DNA of 20,683 nucleotides, from assembly GCA_034667685.1 (NCBI GenBank), contig JAXDQU010000095.1:1-20683 (forward strand), in the 5' to 3' direction. This DNA is from Thermoplasmata archaeon (GTDB taxonomy: Archaea > Thermoplasmatota > SW-10-69-26 > JACQPN01 > JAJPHT01). The first letter of the stretch is position 1. Each line of letters begins with the position of its first letter. The notes beneath the pieces were generated by a model. That model had not been told where the DNA came from. It ran no database searches and saw only the letters and a program-made list of their open reading frames with translations. A program made the translations under genes and the position numbers. Of the stretch, positions 7,807 through 18,325 are shown one piece after another.

Positions 7807-9372
7807 TCACCCGGCGCCGGCCGCGCGCAGCAGCGCGTCCGAGGCCGCGTAGCGCTGCGGGCGCCCCGGCGCGCGCTCGACCGCGCCCTCGTCCACCATG
7901 CGCGCGAGGTGGTACGAGACGAGGCGCTGCGCGAGGCCGGTGCGCGCCATGAGCTCGCGCTGCGTGAGCCCGCCGCGCTCGGCGCACAGCGCGCGGGCCA
8001 CGAGCGAGCGCCCGCCCGCGCCCTGGAGCCTTCGCGCCCCGTGCTCCTCCAGGGCCTGGCGCGCCTCCACCGCGAAGACGCGCCGCGCGCGCCCGTCCTT
8101 CTGGAGGAGGACCCAGCCGTGGGCGCGCAGCACGTTGAGGTGGTGGCGCACGACGGCCTCCGAGAGCGAGACGCGGCGGCGCAGGGCCGTGACGTGGAGG
8201 CCCGGCTCGGCCCGGACCGTGGCGAGGATGCGGGCGCGGTTCGCGTTGGCCAGGATGTCCTCGGCGCGCAGCCGCGAGTAGAGCGACCAGAGGATGCCGT
8301 GGCGGTACGCCAGCGCCGCCAGCGCGGCCAGGAGCGCGAGCAGCGCCGCCGCCACGCCCGCCCGCGCGAGGCGCGCCCCGCCCTGGGTCTCGATGACCAG
8401 CCCGTGCGTGACGACGCGGTCGGCCTCGCCGCCCAGCGTCAGGCGCACGCCGGGCTCGGCCGCCAGCGCGGGGTCCGGCGAGGCCGCGACGAGGCGGAGC
8501 GCGCCCTCCACCACGAGCGGCTCGTGGGCCAGCTCCTCGCGCGCGTCGCCCGCGCTCATCCAGCCGTGGAGGACGGTCGCGGAGAGGACGCCCTCCACGC
8601 GCAGGTCCGCGGCGGGCGCGAAGAGGCGGGCGGCGCTGCCGGGGCCCGCGTCGATCCTCGCCCCTTCCAGCGTGAGGTACACGAACCGGTCGTGGATCGT
8701 CCTGCCCAGCGAGGGGCCCATGGCGACCGGGCGGTAGGGCTCCTCGTAGGAGGCGGTCTCCAGGCGGCGCGAGCCCTCCTGCGTGGTGAGGATGCCGTCC
8801 ACCTGCGAGAGCACGAGGTGGATCTCCCCCGTGGCATTGGGCTGGGCACGCTGGAAGGGGGCGCCCGCGCCGGCCCACAGGCACCCTTCCGGGACGCGCA
8901 GCCCGAAGGCGTCGGGAGACTGCTGCGAGCGCGTGGTGTTCATCGCGCCGAAGTCCTGCGGCGCCACCGTGAGGCCCAGCGGGCCCTCGGCCGCCCCCTG
9001 GAGGGCGAGCGTGCCGTTGCCCTCGGCCAGCGCCAGCACCAGGCAATGCGGCGCGCAGCGGTCGGGGAGGAAGCTGCCCGGCCCCCAGTCGATGGAGTCG
9101 TTGGCGACGGGGGCGCCCGACTGCGTCGGGACCACGGCCGTCTCGTTGAGCATCAGGTCGACGGAGTACCCCCACGCGCGGTCCCACGAGACGCGGGGCG
9201 GGTCCGCGCCGACGTCGGGCGCCAGGTCCAGGACCGCGGAGGCCGCGGAGACGCGGACGTCCCCTTCGAGGCGCAGCGGCGGGTCGGCGCGCAGCTCCCC
9301 CGAGAGCGGGGCGGACGCGACGGCGCCGGAGGCCACCGCCAGCAGGGCCACCACGAGGAGGAAGGAGCGCAA
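7807..9372 (-). CDS. Membrane-anchored regulator: extracellular domain, one TM helix, two cytoplasmic winged-HTH domains
   Basis: Signal peptide; TM AGVAAALLALLAALAALAY; LYSRL..EDILANANRARILATVRAEPGLHVTALRR..VVRHHLNVL; second HTH GLTQRELMARTGLAQRLVSYHLARM. Confidence 0.85.
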   Translation of the reverse strand: MRSFLLVVALLAVASGAVASAPLSGELRADPPLRLEGDVRVSAASAVLDLAPDVGADPPRVSWDRAWGYSVDLMLNETAVVPTQSGAPVANDSIDWGPGSFLPDRCAPHCLVLALAEGNGTLALQGAAEGPLGLTVAPQDFGAMNTTRSQQSPDAFGLRVPEGCLWAGAGAPFQRAQPNATGEIHLVLSQVDGILTTQEGSRRLETASYEEPYRPVAMGPSLGRTIHDRFVYLTLEGARIDAGPGSAARLFAPAADLRVEGVLSATVLHGWMSAGDAREELAHEPLVVEGALRLVAASPDPALAAEPGVRLTLGGEADRVVTHGLVIETQGGARLARAGVAAALLALLAALAALAYRHGILWSLYSRLRAEDILANANRARILATVRAEPGLHVTALRRRVSLSEAVVRHHLNVLRAHGWVLLQKDGRARRVFAVEARQALEEHGARRLQGAGGRSLVARALCAERGGLTQRELMARTGLAQRLVSYHLARMVDEGAVERAPGRPQRYAASDALLRAAGAG

Positions 9373-9490
9373 GGCGGGCCTCGACGCGGCGAGGGGCCGG
9401 TGGCGTCATCAAGGTCACGCGCCGCGGCGGAGCGCTCCAGCAAGGGGTCCGCGCGAATGCTTATGATCCCCCATCCGCCCCCGGCATCGC

Positions 9491-9742
9491 ATGCCCACGG
9501 CGCTTCTCGTCGGCTCGCTCGTCCTCCTGACCTTCGCCGGCCCGGTCGCGGACGCCATCTTGCACGCGACGCTCCCGGTGCCCATCATCTGCCTGCCCGA
9601 GAACGTGGCCACGGCGTGCTTCGACCGCCTCGCCGTGGGCATCCCGGGCAACTGGATCGCCTGCGTGTACCTCAGCGGCCAGATCGCGTGGAACTCGGCG
9701 TGCGGCCCGCTCCCCGAGATCCTTACGCCTTTGCTGCCGTGA
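9491..9742 (+). CDS. Small exported 4-Cys peptide (83 aa)
   Basis: Hydrophobic N-terminus. TATA-like CGAATGCTTATGA (9454-9466) lies 24 nt upstream. The 3' end overlaps the convergent methyltransferase by 20 nt. Confidence 0.65.
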   Translation: MPTALLVGSLVLLTFAGPVADAILHATLPVPIICLPENVATACFDRLAVGIPGNWIACVYLSGQIAWNSACGPLPEILTPLLP

Positions 9743-10718
9743 CGTAGGTCCACGTCGCGGTGAAGCGCTTCTCGTCGGCCATGACGCGCGCGAGCGCATC
9801 GCCCATGATGGCGAGCCGGTCCTGCACGGCCTCGTCCGTGGGCGGGCGCCCCTCGATGCGCTCGGTGCCGCCCACCCAGCCCAAGACGCCCTCGTGGTAG
9901 ACGCGCAGGAAGTCGAGCCATTCGTGCGTGCGCGCGGCGACCGGCTGCGTCGTGACGTCGAGCACGCGCAGCCCGGCCTGGTCGAACGCCTCCAGGTAGT
10001 GCGAGAGCGGGCGGGGCGGGAGGAAGAACTTCTCGCGCAGCGCGCGGTGCTTCTCCATGCGCGCGGGCTCGTCGAGCGCGTCCGCGTATTTTTGATAGCG
10101 CGGGTTGTCCCGGACGATCCGCTGGGCCTCGCCCTGGATCGCCTCGACGGTGTCGTCGATGATCCACGCGCCGGACGGCGCCTGCGGGTTGCGGATGTTC
10201 CCCGACTGGACGAACACGCGCCCCTCGTCCCGAAGCACGCGCCGCCACGAGGCGAGCGTCTCGACCAGGTCGTAGTAGAGGTGGATGGCGTTCGTGCTGA
10301 CGAGCCCGTCGACACCGCGGCCCAGGAGCGCGTCGCCGAGCACCTCGTCCACGGTCTGCAGCCGGCGCTCGTCCTTGAGGTAGCGGATCAGGCGGAACGC
10401 CGTGCGCTCGTCGGCGCGCAGCTTCTCGAGCGAGAGCGCGAGGAACTTGGGCGAGGAGTCGACGTTGACGATGCCGAAGCTGCGCGTGGGCGCGGCGCGG
10501 AGCAGGCGGTCGATGAGGATGCCCGTGCCGCCCGAGTAGTCGACGAGGACCGCGCCTTCGCGCGTGAAGGCGAGGAGCGCCTCGACGGTGGGGTCGAGGT
10601 TCGCGTACCAGCCGTGCTTCTCGACCGCGTCGTACTTCACCGCCAGCGTGTCGACCGGCGCGCGGGTCCAATCCTCGTCCGGGATCCGCTGGAAGCCAGG
10701 CGGCCAAGGCGCGCGCAC
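9723..10718 (-). CDS. Class I SAM-dependent methyltransferase
   Basis: Motif I LVDYSGGTGIL, VNVDSSPKFL, VDGLVSTNAIHLY, RVLRDEGRVFV. Start placed at GTG 10718 (uncertain). Confidence 0.85.
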   Translation of the reverse strand: MRAPWPPGFQRIPDEDWTRAPVDTLAVKYDAVEKHGWYANLDPTVEALLAFTREGAVLVDYSGGTGILIDRLLRAAPTRSFGIVNVDSSPKFLALSLEKLRADERTAFRLIRYLKDERRLQTVDEVLGDALLGRGVDGLVSTNAIHLYYDLVETLASWRRVLRDEGRVFVQSGNIRNPQAPSGAWIIDDTVEAIQGEAQRIVRDNPRYQKYADALDEPARMEKHRALREKFFLPPRPLSHYLEAFDQAGLRVLDVTTQPVAARTHEWLDFLRVYHEGVLGWVGGTERIEGRPPTDEAVQDRLAIMGDALARVMADEKRFTATWTYVTAAKA

Positions 10719-10906
10719 GGGGGCCCAACCGCACGGGTTCGGAAATACGCACCCGCTCCATCGGAAGGGCGCGCAGCGGCCCTCGCGGAGGGCAGGACCG
10801 ATGGGATTATCCCGACTCGTGGCGGTCGCGCGTGGCATCCGACGTCCGCCCAGGTCGCCGGTGTCCGCCCGCGGTGCGCACGGGCGGGAGCCGTCCCGAT
10901 GCATGA

Positions 10907-10974
10907 CCCCCATGCGTTGTGGATCCAACCGAAAAGAAGAAAGGCAACGAGCGGCTCACCACCATTCCTTGTGG
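10907..10974 (+). promoter_or_regulatory. Two candidate NrdR boxes flanking an A-rich promoter element
   Basis: CCCCCATGCGTTGTGG (10907-10922) and CCACCATTCCTTGTGG (10959-10974) are 13/16 identical, 52 bp apart, immediately upstream of nrdR. Confidence 0.65.
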
Positions 10975-11008
10975 TGCGCGCGCTCCGCGCCCACGGACGG
11001 ATCGACCG

Positions 11009-11533
11009 ATGAAGTGCCCCTCTTGCGACTGCCACGACACGCGGGTCATCGACTCGCGCGAGACGCGCGACGCCAGCGCGGGCGTCGCGGTCCGGCGCCG
11101 TCGGCAGTGCGTGGCGTGCGAGAAGCGCTTCACGACCTACGAGCGCTACGAGGTGCCCGACCTGCGCGTCCGCAAGCGCGACGACCGCGTCGAGGACTTC
11201 GACCGCGACAAGATCGAGATCGGCGTGATGAAGGCGTGCGAGAAGCGCCCCATCGCGCGCGAGGACATCGTGGGCCTCCTGGACGCCGTGGAGGAGAAGC
11301 TGCGCGCGCTGGAGTCGCCGGAGGTGCCCAGCACCGAGATCGGCGCCATCGTCCTGGAGCAGCTCAAGCTCCTGGACCCGGTGGCGTACCTGCGCTTCGC
11401 GTCGGTCTACAAGGACTTCGGGGACGTCTCGCATTTCGAGAAGGAGCTCAAGCAGCTCCGTCAGGAGACCTTGGCGGAGAGCCTGGAGAAGGTGCAGGGG
11501 CGCGACGCCGCGCCTCGCCGGGGCAAGCGTTGA
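11009..11533 (+). CDS. nrdR: Transcriptional repressor NrdR (Zn ribbon + ATP-cone)
   Basis: MKCPSC...TRVIDSR...RRRRQC..CEKRFTTYER, VRKRDDRVEDFDRDKI, LDPVAYLRFASVYKDF. Confidence 0.97.
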   Translation: MKCPSCDCHDTRVIDSRETRDASAGVAVRRRRQCVACEKRFTTYERYEVPDLRVRKRDDRVEDFDRDKIEIGVMKACEKRPIAREDIVGLLDAVEEKLRALESPEVPSTEIGAIVLEQLKLLDPVAYLRFASVYKDFGDVSHFEKELKQLRQETLAESLEKVQGRDAAPRRGKR

Positions 11534-11539
11534 ACGTGG

Positions 11540-14005
<2,466 letters not shown>

Positions 14006-14017
14006 GGAACGAGTTGA

Positions 14018-14818
14018 ATGGCGATGAGGCGCCCGCTGAGCCTATTCCTCGACGAGTCGGGCGAGCAAATCTGGCCGCCGGCGAAATCGCTGCGTAACCC
14101 CAAATCCCTCTGGGCATACGTTGGCGGCATTCTAATCAATCCTGAAGAAGTCCAGAGCGTCCGGCACTTCAACATGCAACTCGTGGATTTCGTATCCCAG
14201 AGGGTCGGCCGAAAAGTAACGTGGATTCACACAACCGATCTCATGAAGTGCGAGAAAGCGTATCGTGGCCTGTCAAGGCAGGATGCGGACCTCTGCATAC
14301 AGAGGACAATCGAGTTCATCCAATCGCGGAAGATTCGGATCGTCGGCGCTCGAAACAACCTCGCCAACCTTGAGAAAAGGCGCGGTCGTCGGGACGTCCC
14401 GTATCTTTGCACACTTGAGTCCGCGCTTTCGCAGGTCGACCTGCTATCAAGGAAGGGAGAGTCAACATTCCAGGCTATCCTGGCCACGGGGAACCAGGTC
14501 TCCCAAAAGGATATCTTGGCCTTCATCACCAAGGTACAGTCCGAGACTCGGATCGGTTCCTCGGGGCTGCCCTTTGAAGGCCGCCGACTCGAACGTCTCT
14601 CAGATGGAGTCTCATTCGGCGAGCCTCGCCAGACCCCATGCCTCCAACTCGCTGACACCGTGACGTGGTTGCTCAAAAGAAACGAAGAACGTTATCGCGC
14701 CCGGCTTGCCAACCTCTGGCTGATGGATCCATACGGAGCACACGAGCCATCTTCTCTATTGCCCCCCAAGTTGGCTTCGGGTCGTCGCGCGGAGGGACGA
14801 ACGTATGCGACAGACTGA
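14018..14818 (+). CDS. DUF3800-family protein (predicted RNase H-like fold)
   Basis: N-terminal LFLDESG, YVGGILI, WIH and C-terminal LQLAD. Lower GC than its neighbours. Confidence 0.8.
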   Translation: MAMRRPLSLFLDESGEQIWPPAKSLRNPKSLWAYVGGILINPEEVQSVRHFNMQLVDFVSQRVGRKVTWIHTTDLMKCEKAYRGLSRQDADLCIQRTIEFIQSRKIRIVGARNNLANLEKRRGRRDVPYLCTLESALSQVDLLSRKGESTFQAILATGNQVSQKDILAFITKVQSETRIGSSGLPFEGRRLERLSDGVSFGEPRQTPCLQLADTVTWLLKRNEERYRARLANLWLMDPYGAHEPSSLLPPKLASGRRAEGRTYATD

Positions 14819-14999
14819 GACTGAGTGGGTCATCGGAATGCATCCAGCCGTGCCGCAAAGCGGCAGTGCGAGCCACTCAAGGCAGGCGCTTCAGCTAGGC
14901 GAGCAGAATGATACTCCGGCCTGCCCCGATTGCCGCGAAGGACTTCTGCTGCAAGAAGGATGCATCAAGTGCATTTCGTGTGGCTACTCCGTGTGCTGA
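14805..14999 (+). CDS. Stand-alone copy or remnant of the NrdJ C-terminal Zn ribbon
   Basis: [25 protein letters not shown] versus NrdJ [25 protein letters not shown]. The ATG overlaps the DUF3800 end (alternative ATG at 14838). Expression unknown. Confidence 0.6.
   Translation: [64 protein letters not shown]
14949..14972 (+). repeat. Direct repeat copy 2 (24 bp)
   Basis: Identical to 13955-13978, offset 994 bp. Confidence 0.95.
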
Positions 15000-15122
15000 G
15001 GGAAGCAAAGCACGAGAGTGGTCGCAGCGCACGAGGAGAAGGATTCCGCCGCCGTTTCGGCGCGCCCTTCCCGTGTCCCTCGTGCTCTGGACGCGCCTTC
15101 GCGCCGCGTGGCGTTGCGGGAC

Positions 15123-15296
15123 ATGGACAGGCGGCCTGGCGTGCTGCGCACAGGGCTGGCGCACGTCGTGCTCTACGACTTCCCCGACGAGACGCCGTGC
15201 CTCGCGTGCGGCAGCCCCACGCGGATGCGTGTCGCGTTCAGCAGCGGCGCGCTCTTCACGCTATGCGCGACGTGCCGCCGCGGGGGACCCACGTAG
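15123..15296 (+). CDS. Small putative Zn-finger protein (57 aa)
   Basis: MDRRPGV... with CLAC and CATC pairs and host-like codons. Start uncertain. Confidence 0.5.
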   Translation: MDRRPGVLRTGLAHVVLYDFPDETPCLACGSPTRMRVAFSSGALFTLCATCRRGGPT

Positions 15297-15352
15297 GGCC
15301 AACGACGCGTCGGCCAGAAGGGCCGTGCGGGGCGCGAAGCGGGAGGAGGCGC

Positions 15353-15580
15353 ATGTTGCGCGGGCTCCTCCTCGCGGCGCTCCTCGTCCCGCTCGGCGCG
15401 GCGCAGAACAACGCGACGGCGCCGACGATCGGCAACGGCAACGACGGCAAGCCCGTGGGGCCCACCGAGTCGACGGAGTCCGCGCCGGGCATCGCCGTCG
15501 GGCTTCTCGTGCTCGCCGGCATGCTGGCCTTCGGCGCCGCGCTCGCCTACGCCTCGACGCACTACGCGCGCAAGCGCTAG
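15353..15580 (+). CDS. Small membrane protein with signal peptide and PGF-CTERM-like tail
   Basis: GGAGGAGG just upstream; signal peptide; ...SAPG-hydrophobic helix-ARKR C-terminus. Confidence 0.7.
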   Translation: MLRGLLLAALLVPLGAAQNNATAPTIGNGNDGKPVGPTESTESAPGIAVGLLVLAGMLAFGAALAYASTHYARKR

Positions 15581-16161
15581 AAGAAGTAGCTCCGCCCGGC
15601 GCCCGCGTCCGGTGCGCGTTGGCCCCAGTAGATGGGCGACGTGCTGCTCCAGCACGCGCACGTCGGGCTCTTGAACGCGATCAGCGTCCCGGCCACGGGC
15701 GTCCTGCACTCCGGCGCCGGCCAGAAGCTACGCGGCACGAGCCCCGTAACGACGTTCCCGCTCGTGACGACCGGATAGTGCGTGTGTGGGTCCGGGTCCG
15801 TGCCCGGCGTGAACGCGTCGCCATCGCCCTGCGGCCATGGCCAGCCGAGCGTCACGTCGACGACGACGCTCGTCGTGCCGCTCACGCAGCCCACCCAGAA
15901 CGTCATCGACTCGTTGGGCATGAAGCGGTGCGCGAGGTTGACGACCTGCCACGAGACGGCGATCGTGCTCGCATCGGGCTGGCTGAACCACGCGGCGCAC
16001 AAGCGCGCCTCCGGCGCGCCCAGCGTCGTCCCGCCGCCCGTGTTCGCAAGCTCGTTGCAGTTGCCCGGCATCTCCGGGCTCGACGAGGAGCCCGCGCCCG
16101 CGAAGGGCTGGAGCGCAAGGACGGCCGCGAGCGCGACGAGAAGGGCGAAGGGGCGGAGCAT
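15577..16161 (-). CDS. Secreted protein, tandem paralog 3 of 3
   Basis: Signal peptide; shared GN.NEL, PEARL..AWF, WQVV.L.HR, VGC, PAPEC, TC.CWSS, WGQR.PDAG.GRS motifs. Confidence 0.88.
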   Translation of the reverse strand: MLRPFALLVALAAVLALQPFAGAGSSSSPEMPGNCNELANTGGGTTLGAPEARLCAAWFSQPDASTIAVSWQVVNLAHRFMPNESMTFWVGCVSGTTSVVVDVTLGWPWPQGDGDAFTPGTDPDPHTHYPVVTSGNVVTGLVPRSFWPAPECRTPVAGTLIAFKSPTCACWSSTSPIYWGQRAPDAGAGRSYFF

Positions 16162-16170
16162 CAGGGCGCC

Positions 16171-16743
16171 TCAGAAGTAGAAGCTGCGGCCTGGCCCCGC
16201 ATCCGGGACGCGCTGGCCCCACCAGACCGGCGACGTGCTGCTCCAGCACGGGCAGGTGGCCGACTTGAACATGACGAGCAACCCGCCCGCGGGCGTGACG
16301 CATTCGGGGGCCGGGAAGGCCACTCGCGGCACGATCGCGGTGACTGCGTTGCCGTTCGTGCTGTACGTGCCGTGGTACGTCGTCACGCCGTTCATGCTGA
16401 TGTCAGCCACGCCTTGCGGGCCGCCGCCGATCTGGGCCCCAACCGACATGCGCGCGCCGCCGGAACCGCAGCCCACCCAGAAGTAGAGGGCTTTGTCCTT
16501 CTGGAGGCGGTGGGAGAGGTCGACGACCTGCCACGAGGCGCTGATCGTGGTGCTGCTGGGCTCGCCGAACCAGGCGCCATAGAGCCTCGCCTCGGGCGCT
16601 CCAACGGTTGTGCTGGCGTCGGTATTCGCCAATTCGTTCGGGTTTCCCTTCATGTCGGGGTCTGAGGAGGACCCGGCCGTAGCCGTCGCCTGGATGGCGG
16701 CGAGAAGAAGCGCGGCCACGACGAGAGCGCCAAGGCGGAGCAT
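16171..16743 (-). CDS. Secreted protein, tandem paralog 2 of 3
   Basis: Same motif set as its neighbours; 9-15 nt intergenic gaps. Confidence 0.88.
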   Translation of the reverse strand: MLRLGALVVAALLLAAIQATATAGSSSDPDMKGNPNELANTDASTTVGAPEARLYGAWFGEPSSTTISASWQVVDLSHRLQKDKALYFWVGCGSGGARMSVGAQIGGGPQGVADISMNGVTTYHGTYSTNGNAVTAIVPRVAFPAPECVTPAGGLLVMFKSATCPCWSSTSPVWWGQRVPDAGPGRSFYF

Positions 16744-16758
16744 GAGGACACCTGGACG

Positions 16759-17328
16759 TCAGAACGTGAACGACCGGCCGGTCCCCGCGTCGGGCGCACG
16801 CTGGCCCCAGCCCGGGATGCCGCTGCTCCAGCACGGACACGTCGGGTTCTTGAACGCGACGCTCGTCGATGCTGCGGGGCCGCGGCACTCCGGCGCGGGC
16901 CAGGCCGCGCGCGGGATGGTCGCCGAGATCGTGTTGCCGCTGGTCGTGACGGTCGCGTCCACGGCCGCGCCCGGTTTGGAGAACCAGCCCACGGGCTGCG
17001 GGAAGGGACCGCCCACCGACACGACGACGGAGACGAATTGGCCGGCAGAGCCGCATCCTACCTCGAAGGAGAGGACTTCGTCGGGCCGGAGGCGGTGCGC
17101 GAGGTCGACGACTTGCCAGGTGACGCGGACGGTCGTGTCGTTGGGCTCGTCGAACCACGCCGCCGCCAGGCGGGCCTCGGGCGTGCCGATCGTCGTGGTG
17201 CCGCTCGTGCTGAGCAGCTCGTTGGGGTTTCCCTGCATCTCCGGGTTCGTGGCGCTGCCTGCGCGCGCGGGGGTGGCGAGGGGCACGAGGACCAGGAGCG
17301 CGAGCGTGAGGGCGGGGAGCGCGCGCAC
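16759..17328 (-). CDS. Secreted protein, tandem paralog 1 of 3
   Basis: Same motif set; the GTG start is 1 nt after the upstream gene's TGA. Confidence 0.88.
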   Translation of the reverse strand: MRALPALTLALLVLVPLATPARAGSATNPEMQGNPNELLSTSGTTTIGTPEARLAAAWFDEPNDTTVRVTWQVVDLAHRLRPDEVLSFEVGCGSAGQFVSVVVSVGGPFPQPVGWFSKPGAAVDATVTTSGNTISATIPRAAWPAPECRGPAASTSVAFKNPTCPCWSSGIPGWGQRAPDAGTGRSFTF

Positions 17329-17329
17329 G

Positions 17330-18232
17330 TCAGCACACCTCGACGTAGCTCAGCACGCTGGGGACGACGTCGGTCTGGGTCCCGGGCTCGTAGACGTGGA
17401 GCACGGCGGTCATCGTCGCTTGCATGGGCCAGCCGTAGTTCGGGTCCTGGCTCATGGTTCCATCGGCGTGCATGTACCAACAGGCGGCCTGGACGGGCAC
17501 CGCGTCGGCGATGCTCGTCGTGTACGGCGTCTGATCCGTGCTGCCCACCTCGTTGGGCTCCACCGCTCGCACGATCTCCGCCGGGCTCGTGGGCAGGCAG
17601 GGCCCCCCGGGCTGGACGCACACGACCTGCGAGGGCGCGCCCGCGTTCCCGTGAGCGCCCACGGGCAAGGGGGCCGGGTGCGAGACGGGCGTGCAGCCCG
17701 AGTAGTACGAGCTGCCAATCCACGTCGTGGCCGAGCCCCAGTCGACCGCGCTGGAGAACTTGTAGTCCACCTCGACGTCGTAGCAGCCCACGAGCGCGAC
17801 GTGCGTGTCCTGGCACGAGGCGCCAGCTCCGCCCTTGTTCGCGGCGCTCACCGGAGCGAGCATGGTCGCGGGGTAGCCCATCGCGCTGCATGCCGCATCC
17901 GGGCAGCTCAGGACGTCGCTCGCGTTGCACCCGAAGGGACTCTGGCCGGCGTGCTCGACGAACTGCGCGAGCGTGCCCAGGCCCACAGGAACGAATCCCT
18001 GGTTCGTCTGCGCGTACACGAGCCCCGTGATCGGGTCCAGGTATTCGCCCGGAGGCGGCGGGCTCGTCACGGGGCCGAGGCTCGACTCCGTGACGCAGGA
18101 GGGCGAGAGGTCGTTGGCCTGCGCGTCGGCGAGGCAGGGCGTGTAGGTCATCGCCGCGTGTGCGGGCAGGCCCAGCGGGCTCGCGGCGCACAGGACGAGG
18201 ACGACGGGAAGGAAGCGAACGGGTCGGTGCAT
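17330..18232 (-). CDS. Secreted Cys/Pro-rich hypothetical protein, first gene of a four-gene operon
   Basis: ATG 18232 gives the signal peptide MHRPVRFLPVVLVLCAAS...AHA; more than 10 Cys; AT-rich TTATTTTA upstream on the minus strand. Confidence 0.75.
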   Translation of the reverse strand: MHRPVRFLPVVLVLCAASPLGLPAHAAMTYTPCLADAQANDLSPSCVTESSLGPVTSPPPPGEYLDPITGLVYAQTNQGFVPVGLGTLAQFVEHAGQSPFGCNASDVLSCPDAACSAMGYPATMLAPVSAANKGGAGASCQDTHVALVGCYDVEVDYKFSSAVDWGSATTWIGSSYYSGCTPVSHPAPLPVGAHGNAGAPSQVVCVQPGGPCLPTSPAEIVRAVEPNEVGSTDQTPYTTSIADAVPVQAACWYMHADGTMSQDPNYGWPMQATMTAVLHVYEPGTQTDVVPSVLSYVEVC

Positions 18233-18325
18233 GATTGGACTCCCCGCTCCCGCGACGGCGTGCCAAGTAAAATAACAGCGGTCTCTCACAAGCGGCCTCG
18301 ACAACGCGCACCGCCTGACGAGCGT

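Noticed and set aside
10719-10906. Possible cobalamin riboswitch or structured RNA upstream of nrdR-nrdJ (hairpin CCGCCCG/CGGGCGG at 10865-10887)
   Set aside because: I could not find the B12-box or other conserved riboswitch elements, and short GC hairpins are expected by chance. An Rfam scan would settle it.
14006-14948. Classical IS element
   Set aside because: No terminal inverted repeats or recognisable IS transposase were seen. It is kept only as the atypical DUF3800 islet hypothesis.
15577-17328. Recurring nucleotide blocks as a CRISPR array or DGR template/variable repeats
   Set aside because: They are conserved coding segments of paralogs about 590 bp apart. There is no cas or reverse transcriptase gene in the window and no evident adenine-specific variation.
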